From positions 1-36,330 of the IMG/VR virus record IMGVR_UViG_3300045988_012637: a stretch of 36,330 nucleotides of DNA. One strand, written 5' to 3'. A model generated the notes under the pieces. It ran no database searches and was not told the origin of the DNA. It saw only the letters and a list, made by a program, of their open reading frames with translations. Each line of letters opens with the position of its first letter. Position 1 is the first letter of the stretch. This document shows positions 9,640 to 16,970 of this stretch, one piece after another. The DNA comes from a virus. The translations under genes were made by a program, and so were the position numbers.

Positions 9640-10596
9640 ATGGCATTTACATTTAGCGATTTAAACAAATTGAATATCGACAGCCTAGCCGATGTTATTT
9701 CTTTGACACTGGGGCTGGAAGGCGAACTTTCCAACGGTGTAACCGTGTTAGCGGGTATTGAAAAGGGTAAACCTATCTTGACTTTCACCGCAACAGACAA
9801 AGCGGTAAGACGTTCCGCGGGTTGTGATAGCGAATACAAGTATAGTTCTCTTAACGATAAGGTTAAATACTATGATCACGCACAGATTGAGTTGCCTATC
9901 GTGGTTTGTCTGCAAGACTTGTGGGGCAAAATGGTTGCAAAAGGTGTTCACCTTTCAGCTGATTTCGACCAAACACAGTTGGCAGCGTTCATGCAGAACG
10001 AAATTCTGAAAGTGCTGGAGGCTGACATGTTACGTCTCGTATGGCTGGACGGTCTGAAAACAACCGATACAGCGGGTGTGTACACAGTGTTTAAAAACGG
10101 TGGTATCATCAAGCAAATGCAGGCTTCAACCGAATCTATTAAGGCCCTTGTTCCTTCTGGAGCTGGCGCAAACGTGCTCGAGTGTCTGAAATGGTGTATC
10201 GACAATCAGCGTGCCGATCAACTGGACGAATCCGAGTTCTACGTATCTAGCAACATTATGCGCGCTTACAAGGACTTGGTAGAAGCAAAAGATAACCATT
10301 TGGCACAGGCTAACATGGAGAACGGCAAACCCGCGTACTACTTCGAAGGTTACAAGGTGAACGAACTTCGCCACGTGTCTAACAGCGCTAAGGGCGACGC
10401 GCTTACAGTTCAGTCCTTTATTGCATTCTCTCCGAAAACTAACATTCAGTTGGCTTTGGAAGACTCGAGTCTGACTATTGATCCGTTCATCCGCGATGCT
10501 AAGGACCGTAAATATTACAGTACAACTGTATTTGCGGCTGACGCTATGCTGGCAGTTCCGGAGTATATGAAATTGTGCACCGCAGCAGGTGTTTAA
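9640..10596 (+). CDS. putative major capsid protein (HK97-fold, lambda gpE-like size)
   Basis: 318-aa ORF immediately after the protease/scaffold gene. Size and C-terminal region are typical of capsid proteins. Assignment is positional. Confidence 0.55.
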   Translation: MAFTFSDLNKLNIDSLADVISLTLGLEGELSNGVTVLAGIEKGKPILTFTATDKAVRRSAGCDSEYKYSSLNDKVKYYDHAQIELPIVVCLQDLWGKMVAKGVHLSADFDQTQLAAFMQNEILKVLEADMLRLVWLDGLKTTDTAGVYTVFKNGGIIKQMQASTESIKALVPSGAGANVLECLKWCIDNQRADQLDESEFYVSSNIMRAYKDLVEAKDNHLAQANMENGKPAYYFEGYKVNELRHVSNSAKGDALTVQSFIAFSPKTNIQLALEDSSLTIDPFIRDAKDRKYYSTTVFAADAMLAVPEYMKLCTAAGV

Positions 10597-10615
10597 TAAC
10601 TAAAACAAAGTTTAA

Positions 10616-11149
10616 ATGGCTTGTATAAAGACATTAAATAAAGCAATTACCTACGACTGCCAACCCGGTAGCGTAGGTATCGCTGAAATGTATCTTATTA
10701 ACTTTGACGACGTAACGGGCGGAACTGTAGACGCTAGTAACATCCTGTCGGGTGTCACCCTTAAGGCGGGTGCGAAGACTATTCCGGTAGAATGTTACAA
10801 GAACGGCGCAAAGTTTACGGAAGCGTTGAAGTTATCAGATGTTTCAGCAGGTTTGGATCAGTCCGTTATGTTTACGATATATGAAAAAAATGCTAATGCT
10901 AGAACTACCATATCGGCATTATTGTCGGGGCGTTTCATGGCGGCTATCAAATTGAACGATATTAACTCAACGCCGATAATGGCGGGGTACAAATGTGGGC
11001 TTGAAATTTCACAAGCTGATACGGATTCCAATGCGAACGGCGGTTTTACTACGGTCACGATTAAGACGCCAGACGATGCACGAGGTGAAAATGGTATTAC
11101 CATAACATCCGCATCATGGACAGTTATTGTAAACGCAAAAATAGCTTAA
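10616..11149 (+). CDS. structural protein, paralog 1 of 3 (possible tail tube or capsid-associated)
   Basis: Shares with the next two ORFs the N-terminus M-[AG]-C-[IL]-x-K-L-[DN]..I..DC, a central LL/L.G.F block and a C-terminal N-A-N-G-G-F-T-T-[VI]-T-[IL]-[KS]-T. Lengths are similar (177/175/179 aa). Confidence 0.6.
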   Translation: MACIKTLNKAITYDCQPGSVGIAEMYLINFDDVTGGTVDASNILSGVTLKAGAKTIPVECYKNGAKFTEALKLSDVSAGLDQSVMFTIYEKNANARTTISALLSGRFMAAIKLNDINSTPIMAGYKCGLEISQADTDSNANGGFTTVTIKTPDDARGENGITITSASWTVIVNAKIA

Positions 11150-11152
11150 AAT

Positions 11153-11680
11153 ATGGGATGTTTAAATAAGTTAGATAGAGCGATCTTAGTAGATTGCGAC
11201 GGAGGGGCGACAGGCGTAGCCGAGATGCTTCTTATCAATTTCGCAGATATTGCGTCAAAGAGCATATCGAATAGTGTTGCTACTGTAACACTGGCAGCGA
11301 GCGCTAAGGCGGTGTTGGTTGAGAGTAACAAGAAGGGCGTAAACGCTACGGAAGAGATCAAGGAAAACGACAACGCGCCAACAGCATTAACGCAGGCGGT
11401 TACGTTTACGCTGTATCAGGGTGACGTAGAGGGAGCGCGGACCGTAAATCAGATTTTAAACGGTACATTTTTGGCGCTGGTTAAAACTAAGGCCGGAAAA
11501 ATTCGGGTATACGGGTATAATTACGGTTTGAACCCTACTGCTATTTCGGAGGACTTGAACGCGAACGGCGGTTTTACTACCATCACGTTATCCACATCGG
11601 AAAATGTTATCGGCGAGACCCGTCTAAGCTTCGCGGATGCTAGTTATAACACGTTGAGAGCTGCGGCGATCGTATCATAA
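11153..11680 (+). CDS. structural protein, paralog 2 of 3
   Basis: Same evidence as for 10616..11149. Confidence 0.6.
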   Translation: MGCLNKLDRAILVDCDGGATGVAEMLLINFADIASKSISNSVATVTLAASAKAVLVESNKKGVNATEEIKENDNAPTALTQAVTFTLYQGDVEGARTVNQILNGTFLALVKTKAGKIRVYGYNYGLNPTAISEDLNANGGFTTITLSTSENVIGETRLSFADASYNTLRAAAIVS

Positions 11681-11693
11681 AGGAGGAACTTAT

Positions 11694-12233
11694 ATGGCAT
11701 GTTTAAAAAAACTAGATAGTGATATTACATTTGATTGCGCCAATTTTGTATTGACAGGCGGAACGGGTGAAATAGATGAAGCGATTATTATAAATTCTTC
11801 GGATATTTCCACCATATCGGAAACCGGAGGGGCGGGGACAATCACGATGCTAACCGGGAAAAAAGGATATATAGTTAACTCTATTAACAACTCTGTGATG
11901 TACCAGGAAGCAATTAAAGCAAACGATATAGTACCCGCGGCAGAGGATCAAAGCATTGTTATTAAGGTTATGTCCTCCATGGATAGCACCGCATACCGTT
12001 TAGCGTTAACGAGCCTTTTAAAAGGTAATTTTAGGGTAGCCCTGAAGTCTAAATCGGGTAACTATTATTTAGCAGGTGCGTTTTGCGGTTTGGAAGCTTC
12101 GGACATGGCGACTGATTCAAGTACGGGCGGTATTTCAACGGTGACACTTAAAACACCGGAAGCGTCAACGGGCGATATGCTGGTAACGATCACCAAAGCG
12201 GCGTACGACGGTCTAAAGATACCGAAAGTTTAA
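11694..12233 (+). CDS. structural protein, paralog 3 of 3 (most divergent)
   Basis: Has MACLKKLDSDITFDC and STGGISTVTLKTP. Preceded by AAGGAGG. Confidence 0.6.
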   Translation: MACLKKLDSDITFDCANFVLTGGTGEIDEAIIINSSDISTISETGGAGTITMLTGKKGYIVNSINNSVMYQEAIKANDIVPAAEDQSIVIKVMSSMDSTAYRLALTSLLKGNFRVALKSKSGNYYLAGAFCGLEASDMATDSSTGGISTVTLKTPEASTGDMLVTITKAAYDGLKIPKV

Positions 12234-12254
12234 TAAATTAAAACAGTTTAAAAG

Positions 12255-12758
12255 ATGGAAAAAATTACAGATATAGGGCAGATCGTTTCATTGTGCCAAA
12301 CAATGACTAATCTAAAATTGGATATTGTGTGCGGGGCGGATCGTCTGTTTGCGCAACGCTGGTATGAAGAACGTTATTTAACCGGCCAGCACACGCGCTA
12401 CGTGATGAAGCCAGGACTATTCATCAACTCGATTGAAGACGGAAGAGTGTACCGCGCTTTCAACACAAGCGACGAGAAGGCCGTGGAGTTCATGGAAGCC
12501 GATGAAAATTACAAGGACTATTTCATAGACTTGCAGGCGGAAGCGGTTACAATTCCCGAAACAGGTGACGACCCGCTCGCACCGGAAGCCGCACCGGAAG
12601 CCGCACCGGAAGCCCCAGCAGAAGAACCGGAACTATCGGAGGAAGAGATCGCCGCGGCTAAACGCAGCGAAGCGGCTAAAAAGGCAGCGGCTACACGCGC
12701 AGCGAAAAAGGCAGCAGAAGCAGAAGCCGCCGAGGGCCTTAAGGAGTTCGAAGAATAA
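12255..12758 (+). CDS. hypothetical protein with a low-complexity Pro/Ala/Glu/Lys C-terminus
   Basis: ATG ORF whose C-terminus reads APEAAPEAAPEAPAEEPELSEEEIAAAKRSEAAKKAAATRAAKKAAEAEAA. Confidence 0.5.
   Translation: MEKITDIGQIVSLCQTMTNLKLDIVCGADRLFAQRWYEERYLTGQHTRYVMKPGLFINSIEDGRVYRAFNTSDEKAVEFMEADENYKDYFIDLQAEAVTIPETGDDPLAPEAAPEAAPEAPAEEPELSEEEIAAAKRSEAAKKAAATRAAKKAAEAEAAEGLKEFEE
12579..12614 (+). repeat. 3 x 12-bp perfect in-frame tandem repeat (GCACCGGAAGCC), encoding (APEA)3
   Basis: Read directly from the sequence. Confidence 0.9.
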
Positions 12759-12775
12759 TATAAAAATGTAAATCA

Positions 12776-13927
12776 ATGATCGCAGCAAAGAAAATAGAGT
12801 TAATAGTACGTAGGGCGCTGAATTTAGTGCCCCGTACTTCTGAAGGGGTGGTTAGTTACGATGTAGATAATCTATACCCGCAACGTATCGCAAATCTTAT
12901 CGACGCTAGTAAGACCGCTACGGCGTGTTGCGACAAGGCGAAAGAAAACATCATTTGCGAAGGGTTCGTTAACGAAGAATTTGCGGCGAGAACCAACGAG
13001 CACGGCCAGGACATGAACGATGTTTTAGAATTCGTAGCGGACGAGATACCGAGATACAGGGGTTACGCGTTAATAGTACAATACGGCGGCGATGGTCGCC
13101 CGTTGTACTGTTATCCCGTTCCGTTCGGTTACGTTCGTGCCGTTCTTAATGAGGACTACAAACGGGATTCTATCGTGCGGAAATGGCGTGTATTTGATAA
13201 CTGGGAGCGCGAGATGCTCAAGGACACGAACGTTAAAACGGGCGTAGTTTACCCTAACTTCAATCCGAAAAATTTTTGGAAGGAATGCGAAGAGTACGGA
13301 GGCATTGAAAACCATCCGGGACAACTCTATTACGCCAACTTCTCAAACCGTCGCCCTTATCCGATCAGCCCGTTTCACGCGGTACAGCCCGAAATGGGGG
13401 CGGAGCACGGGAACGCGTTGTATGTCGAAAACGTACTGGCACGCGGATTCCACGCTTGCAGCGTCGTATCACACGGAATGTTTCAAAGCGATCAGGAGCA
13501 AAACGAGTTCCGGGATGCCATTACCGAAATGATGGGCGTTGAAGGTACCGGCGCAGTTCTCACAGTACGAGACGAGAATGTAGGTATTACAGAGAAGCCC
13601 TTTATCAGAGTGGATCAAATCGGTACGCCGATTGATTCCGACCTGTATAAGTCGTATTGTGAGCCATTGCGAAAAGACATTGCGATTTCTTGCTTCACTA
13701 TTCCGATCCCGCTTATTGATTCATCGTTGATCAGCTTTTCGAACGCGTCCGGCGAAGTGGTTAAGGAAATGCAGCGCGTATACCGCCGTTCATTGTCGCG
13801 TGTCCGTGATAAAATTTCCCGAGACCTGGCCTATATATTCGACCTGGACCCGGAACTAACTAAAATTGAAAACGATTTGGAAGGCGACGCGGATATTGTA
13901 CCCGCCAACCAAGTAATAACAGATTAA
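12776..13927 (+). CDS. putative portal protein
   Basis: 383-aa ORF in the head module. No other ORF in the genome has portal size and character. The C-terminal region (IPIPLIDSSLISFSNASGEVVKEMQRVYRRSL) resembles portal tunnel/crown segments. Tentative. Confidence 0.4.
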   Translation: MIAAKKIELIVRRALNLVPRTSEGVVSYDVDNLYPQRIANLIDASKTATACCDKAKENIICEGFVNEEFAARTNEHGQDMNDVLEFVADEIPRYRGYALIVQYGGDGRPLYCYPVPFGYVRAVLNEDYKRDSIVRKWRVFDNWEREMLKDTNVKTGVVYPNFNPKNFWKECEEYGGIENHPGQLYYANFSNRRPYPISPFHAVQPEMGAEHGNALYVENVLARGFHACSVVSHGMFQSDQEQNEFRDAITEMMGVEGTGAVLTVRDENVGITEKPFIRVDQIGTPIDSDLYKSYCEPLRKDIAISCFTIPIPLIDSSLISFSNASGEVVKEMQRVYRRSLSRVRDKISRDLAYIFDLDPELTKIENDLEGDADIVPANQVITD

Positions 13928-13928
13928 T

Positions 13929-14366
13929 ATGGCATACCCGATCCAATTACTACGAGATTTGTTTACGATCGCGAAGGACGTTAAGGACAGCGACATTGAG
14001 AAGGCATTTTATGAAGCCGATATGCTCGACATGTCGCCGCAGCTCAAACGATCGTATGAAGAGATACCGCCGGAATACTTAGTTGATACCACGGCGCGTA
14101 CAGGAGCTAATAAAGTATTATGCTACTATGCCTTTGCGCGCTACTTGCAGACAAGCGAGCAGCAAAGTACGGCAAGCGGCCTAAAAATACAAAACTATGG
14201 TGGCAGCTACGTTCTAGCCGATGATAACAAGGCGAGGCGGTTTGAAGCCGAACGCGGAAAAGCTGATTTATTTATAGTCCCGTTAATCAAGGCGTTTAAA
14301 GACGCTAAACTGATTGAGGAGGAATGTTCACACAGGGTACAATCACGGATATGTTTGATAAAATAA
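13929..14366 (+). CDS. hypothetical protein (possible head-tail adaptor)
   Basis: ATG ORF starting 1 nt after the stop of the putative portal gene. Function is a guess from position only. Confidence 0.4.
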   Translation: MAYPIQLLRDLFTIAKDVKDSDIEKAFYEADMLDMSPQLKRSYEEIPPEYLVDTTARTGANKVLCYYAFARYLQTSEQQSTASGLKIQNYGGSYVLADDNKARRFEAERGKADLFIVPLIKAFKDAKLIEEECSHRVQSRICLIK

Positions 14367-14896
14367 TGGACGGAGTTTTTGATACGGCGCGCGTCGCGTC
14401 TCTAGCTTTCCTACTAACCGTTACTAACGATGTGATGACTTTCTTTGTTCTGATCATTTTGTTCGGGATGCTGAATTTTATAGTGGGACTTATCGCAGGC
14501 TTACGGGCTGGCGAAAAATATAGTCATAAAAAGGCTTTCCATGCTTTTTTCGAGTATGCGATCGCGGCGATAGTGATTCTATTCACAGCGGCGGGTGCGC
14601 GGCTTATAGAGCCGGAGGGGAACTATACGGACTTATTACGATTACTCACAACGCTTTTCGCGCTGGTGTATTCCAAGAATATTATCCGTAACTTTAAAAA
14701 GATCCAACCGGATAACGAATTTATAGCGGTATTGGATATTCTGATTAATACAAAATATTTGGACTTTATAAAAAATTTGAAAAATGCGAAACTTCACAAT
14801 CCAAGAGCTAACCGCGTCAACGACAGCGGTGGCGAAGAAGATCAACAACGATCCGACGCCGGAAGCGGAGGAGAGTCTGAAACAGCTAGTCAATAA
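14324..14896 (+). CDS. putative holin (multi-pass membrane protein); the true start may be ATG 14351 or 14366
   Basis: About three hydrophobic helices (LAFLLTV.., FFVLIILFGMLNFIVGLIAGL, AIAAIVILFTAAG, LLTTLFALVY) and a charged tail. It lies directly upstream of the endolysin. ATG 14366 forms TAATG with the upstream stop. Confidence 0.55.
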   Translation: MFTQGTITDMFDKIMDGVFDTARVASLAFLLTVTNDVMTFFVLIILFGMLNFIVGLIAGLRAGEKYSHKKAFHAFFEYAIAAIVILFTAAGARLIEPEGNYTDLLRLLTTLFALVYSKNIIRNFKKIQPDNEFIAVLDILINTKYLDFIKNLKNAKLHNPRANRVNDSGGEEDQQRSDAGSGGESETASQ

Positions 14897-15182
14897 CGTG
14901 CTAGACCCTCTTAGGGACGCGTACGGCAAACCGATCCGGGTTAATAGCGGATATAGATCACCCGCACTAAACGCGGCGGTGAAGGGCTCTAAAACGTCGC
15001 AGCACATGAAGGGGCAAGCGGCGGACATAACAGGGGGTAGCAAAGCGGAAAATAAGAAACTCTTTGAACTGGCACAGGAACTCAATCTGCCTTATTGTCA
15101 GCTTATCGATGAGAAGAATTTTTCATGGGTGCATATCTCATACGATAAGAACAATGTGAAACGTCAAATACTGCACCTATGA
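14784..15182 (+). CDS. endolysin, peptidase M15 family (D-Ala-D-Ala carboxypeptidase/VanY-like zinc peptidase)
   Basis: SGYRSPALNAAVKGSKTSQHMKGQAADI (H-x6-D zinc motif) plus a downstream WVHISY histidine. The N-terminus FTIQELTAS..A is typical of the family. Confidence 0.8.
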   Translation: MRNFTIQELTASTTAVAKKINNDPTPEAEESLKQLVNNVLDPLRDAYGKPIRVNSGYRSPALNAAVKGSKTSQHMKGQAADITGGSKAENKKLFELAQELNLPYCQLIDEKNFSWVHISYDKNNVKRQILHL

Positions 15183-15766
15183 AAATAACATTAAATAAGA
15201 TATTGGTGTGTTTAGCGGTCCTTCTAGCCATTTTATTGTACGCGTCGTATAAGACAGTACAAAAACAGAGAAGAGAGCTAGAAAGGCAGGAAAACAACAT
15301 CACTGCGCTTAACGCCGAGGCCGTAGCGTTCAAGACTACGGCGGGTGATTATGCGGAACAGGCTAGACAGTTAAGACTAGAGAAGGACGAGCTGGAACTA
15401 TATAACGCCGATCTATATAATAAGGTACGCGAGGCAGGAATAAAGATAAGGGAGCTTAAGAACGCGACGCGTGCCGAGACAGTTACCAAGGTGGACACTG
15501 TGGTTAAGACAGAATACCGGGACGGGAACAAAGAAAGCCGATTCGCCCACTACTTCGACGGATGGAATGATATACAAGTTGATTCTAAACCGGACACCAC
15601 AATTATAAAATCTAGCAGTACCGACACGATCGACGTGATCGGATCAGTCAGGCAAAAGCGGTTTTTATTCTTTCGGATCGGAAAACCGAAACAAACTATA
15701 ACCGTATCGAATAAAAACCCAAAATCTAAAATACACGTAGAATTCTCGGCAGAATTCGACAAATAA
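15179..15766 (+). CDS. spanin-like lysis accessory protein (N-terminal TM helix plus coiled coil)
   Basis: ILVCLAVLLAILLYA membrane anchor followed by a heptad-rich region (QRRELERQENNITALNAEA..LRLEKDELELYN). ATGA overlap with the endolysin gene. Confidence 0.45.
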   Translation: MKITLNKILVCLAVLLAILLYASYKTVQKQRRELERQENNITALNAEAVAFKTTAGDYAEQARQLRLEKDELELYNADLYNKVREAGIKIRELKNATRAETVTKVDTVVKTEYRDGNKESRFAHYFDGWNDIQVDSKPDTTIIKSSSTDTIDVIGSVRQKRFLFFRIGKPKQTITVSNKNPKSKIHVEFSAEFDK

Positions 15767-15816
15767 TGCCTTTCATCTTTCACAAACGTCCTTTCATCTT
15801 TTACACTTGAAAACTT

Positions 15817-15847
15817 AAAACGCTGATTCATAACGAGTTGGCGTTTT
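15817..15847 (+). terminator. possible terminator hairpin after the lysis genes (AAAACGC...GCGTTTT followed by T)
   Basis: 7-bp stem, 17-nt loop, T-rich 3' arm and tail. The tail overlaps the -33 TTTG of the next promoter. Confidence 0.35.
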
Positions 15848-15878
15848 TGCTTGTCAATTATTAAAATTTGTATCTTTG
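15846..15878 (+). promoter_or_regulatory. strong Bacteroidota-type promoter P-A1 (-33 TTTG, 21-nt spacer, -7 TATCTTTG)
   Basis: Matches the TTTG / TAnnTTTG consensus. 27 nt (ATTAAAATTTGTATCTTTGACACTTAA) are identical to 32003..32029. Confidence 0.7.
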
Positions 15879-16078
15879 ACACTTAATTCACTAATAACTA
15901 GTACTTTATCTATTGATATATATCATTTGTAAAAGATGGAAAGATGTTATATAGAGCTAAGAATGAAATAGTAATATAATCTATAATATATGTAAATATA
16001 TGAATTAATATGTGAATGAATTTATAGAAATATTTAAATATAAACTAATAGGGAAACTATGTTTCATCTTAGACATTT
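15860..16078 (+). other. copy A of a paralogous promoter / conserved leader / AT-rich core / 3' box element (candidate cis-regulatory RNA, sRNA or origin-like DNA element)
   Basis: Collinear with 32003..32232. The two share blocks at identical spacing and an A/T core of 109 vs 112 nt. No conserved ORF. Confidence 0.5.
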
Positions 16079-16093
16079 CACCCGTTTTTGCCA

Positions 16094-16122
16094 CTTAACT
16101 AGCTGATACGCAATTAGTTAAG
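16094..16122 (+). terminator. hairpin CTTAACTA-(13 nt, GCTGATACGCAAT)-TAGTTAAG, a member of a three-hairpin family
   Basis: 8-bp perfect stem with no U-tract. The loop shares TGATACGC with the hairpin at 24014..24043, and the stem shares TTAACTA with the hairpin at 31752..31803. Confidence 0.35.
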
Positions 16123-16226
16123 GGTGGAAAGACCCGCTTAAAAAGGGGTATTTGTCATTGACACTGTTACTAAACCTTCAAAACCGTTAAACAGAGTTAA
16201 ATTACTAAAGTTTTTTGGGAAATAGT

Positions 16227-16256
16227 TTTGTAGTCCAAAATAAAGCCGTATCTTTG
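16227..16256 (+). promoter_or_regulatory. promoter P-A2 (-33 TTTG, 18-nt spacer, -7 TATCTTTG) for the replication module
   Basis: Consensus boxes are present. The upstream block CTAAAGTTTTTTGGGAAA is repeated at 24058, and AAAATAAAGC before the -7 box is repeated at 18791. Confidence 0.6.
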
Positions 16257-16470
16257 TAACATCGAAAGAGAAATGAGAACCCCGCCAATCGTAACCAAAG
16301 GGGGCTAGAAGGGAAACACGGACGGTATCCCAATTCATTTGAAAAGACGGTGCGGTATCCGCTTAATTGAAGCTATAAAGCCAGAATCTCAATCGATAAA
16401 ACAACTGAAAAGCCTACTAAATTTGTTGAACTATTCCGAGATCGGAGAATCGTTTTAAACATTACTAGAT

Positions 16471-16803
16471 ATGGCAGCAATAGACATTTATAAGTTAGAA
16501 GCGTTCTTTTATAAGATTATACGGGAGAGGATTACAGCGTGCAAAACGATAGGCGAGGCTACAATGCTATACGGCTATCCGGGCAACTCGAAAATGGTGT
16601 TCGACGATTTGCAACGAGAAGAAGAAGAAGCCGGAAAAAAGTTTAAGTATAAAATCCGGGGCTTTATAATTCCACACGCCAAACGTTACGAAACCATTTT
16701 CGAACAGGCCCGGCGCGCCGCTTATTCCGATCACGTACAAACTTATCGAACGTCTGACAAATTGAGTTTTAAATTTAATGAAAAGATGAAATGGAAAAAG
16801 TAG
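16471..16803 (+). CDS. hypothetical protein (110 aa), first gene of the replication module
   Basis: ATG ORF; no motif recognised. Confidence 0.5.
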   Translation: MAAIDIYKLEAFFYKIIRERITACKTIGEATMLYGYPGNSKMVFDDLQREEEEAGKKFKYKIRGFIIPHAKRYETIFEQARRAAYSDHVQTYRTSDKLSFKFNEKMKWKK

Positions 16804-16970
16804 AACTTATCACAGTGGCGGAAGCCGCCCGGTTAGCGGAGTGCACCGAAAACGCAATACGCTACCAGCTCAACGCCGGAAAGCTCACACGGTACGAGAA
16901 CGGAACGGGCAAAATCAGAGTGAGCAAAAACGAACTATTAGAAACAATTTTTAATTTTAAGAAAAAATGA
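16791..16970 (+). CDS. small helix-turn-helix DNA-binding protein (excisionase/MerR-like HTH), 59 aa
   Basis: Hand translation gives MEKVELITVAEAARLAECTENAIRYQLNAGKLTRYENGTGKIRVSKNELLETIFNFKKK. The pattern [IV]T..EAA..L....ai.y....G.l is typical of HTH_17-type domains. It overlaps both neighbours, with ATGA at its 3' end. It is below the ORF-track length cutoff. Confidence 0.6.
   Translation: MEKVELITVAEAARLAECTENAIRYQLNAGKLTRYENGTGKIRVSKNELLETIFNFKKK

Noticed and set aside
12565-12771. Alternative-frame + strand ORF (68 aa, very basic) overlapping the 3' end of 12255..12758, considered as a G/GT-type tail-chaperone frameshift product
   Set aside because: It arises inside the GC-rich tandem-repeat region and ends only 13 nt beyond the main ORF. 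I saw no slippery heptamer, and the tape-measure-like gene is not downstream. It is most likely a compositional artefact.
15860-15890. Resemblance of the promoter cassette (AAATTTGTATCTTTGA..) to Bacteroidota type II-C CRISPR repeats, which carry internal TAnnTTTG promoters; considered as a solitary CRISPR-repeat mimic or mini-array
   Set aside because: There is no repeat-spacer periodicity anywhere in the window. The similarity is confined to promoter consensus bases, and I cannot verify a repeat sequence from memory. It would need a comparison with the host's CRISPR repeats.
15936-15971. Short ORFs opening at the conserved ATGGAAAGA in the two elements (MERCYIELRMK at 15936..15971; a 34-aa ORF at 32079..32183)
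   Set aside because: Their lengths differ threefold and their sequences diverge after ~5 codons, while flanking non-coding blocks are conserved. Extreme A/T codons make chance ORFs likely. I keep them only as a possibility within the element findings.
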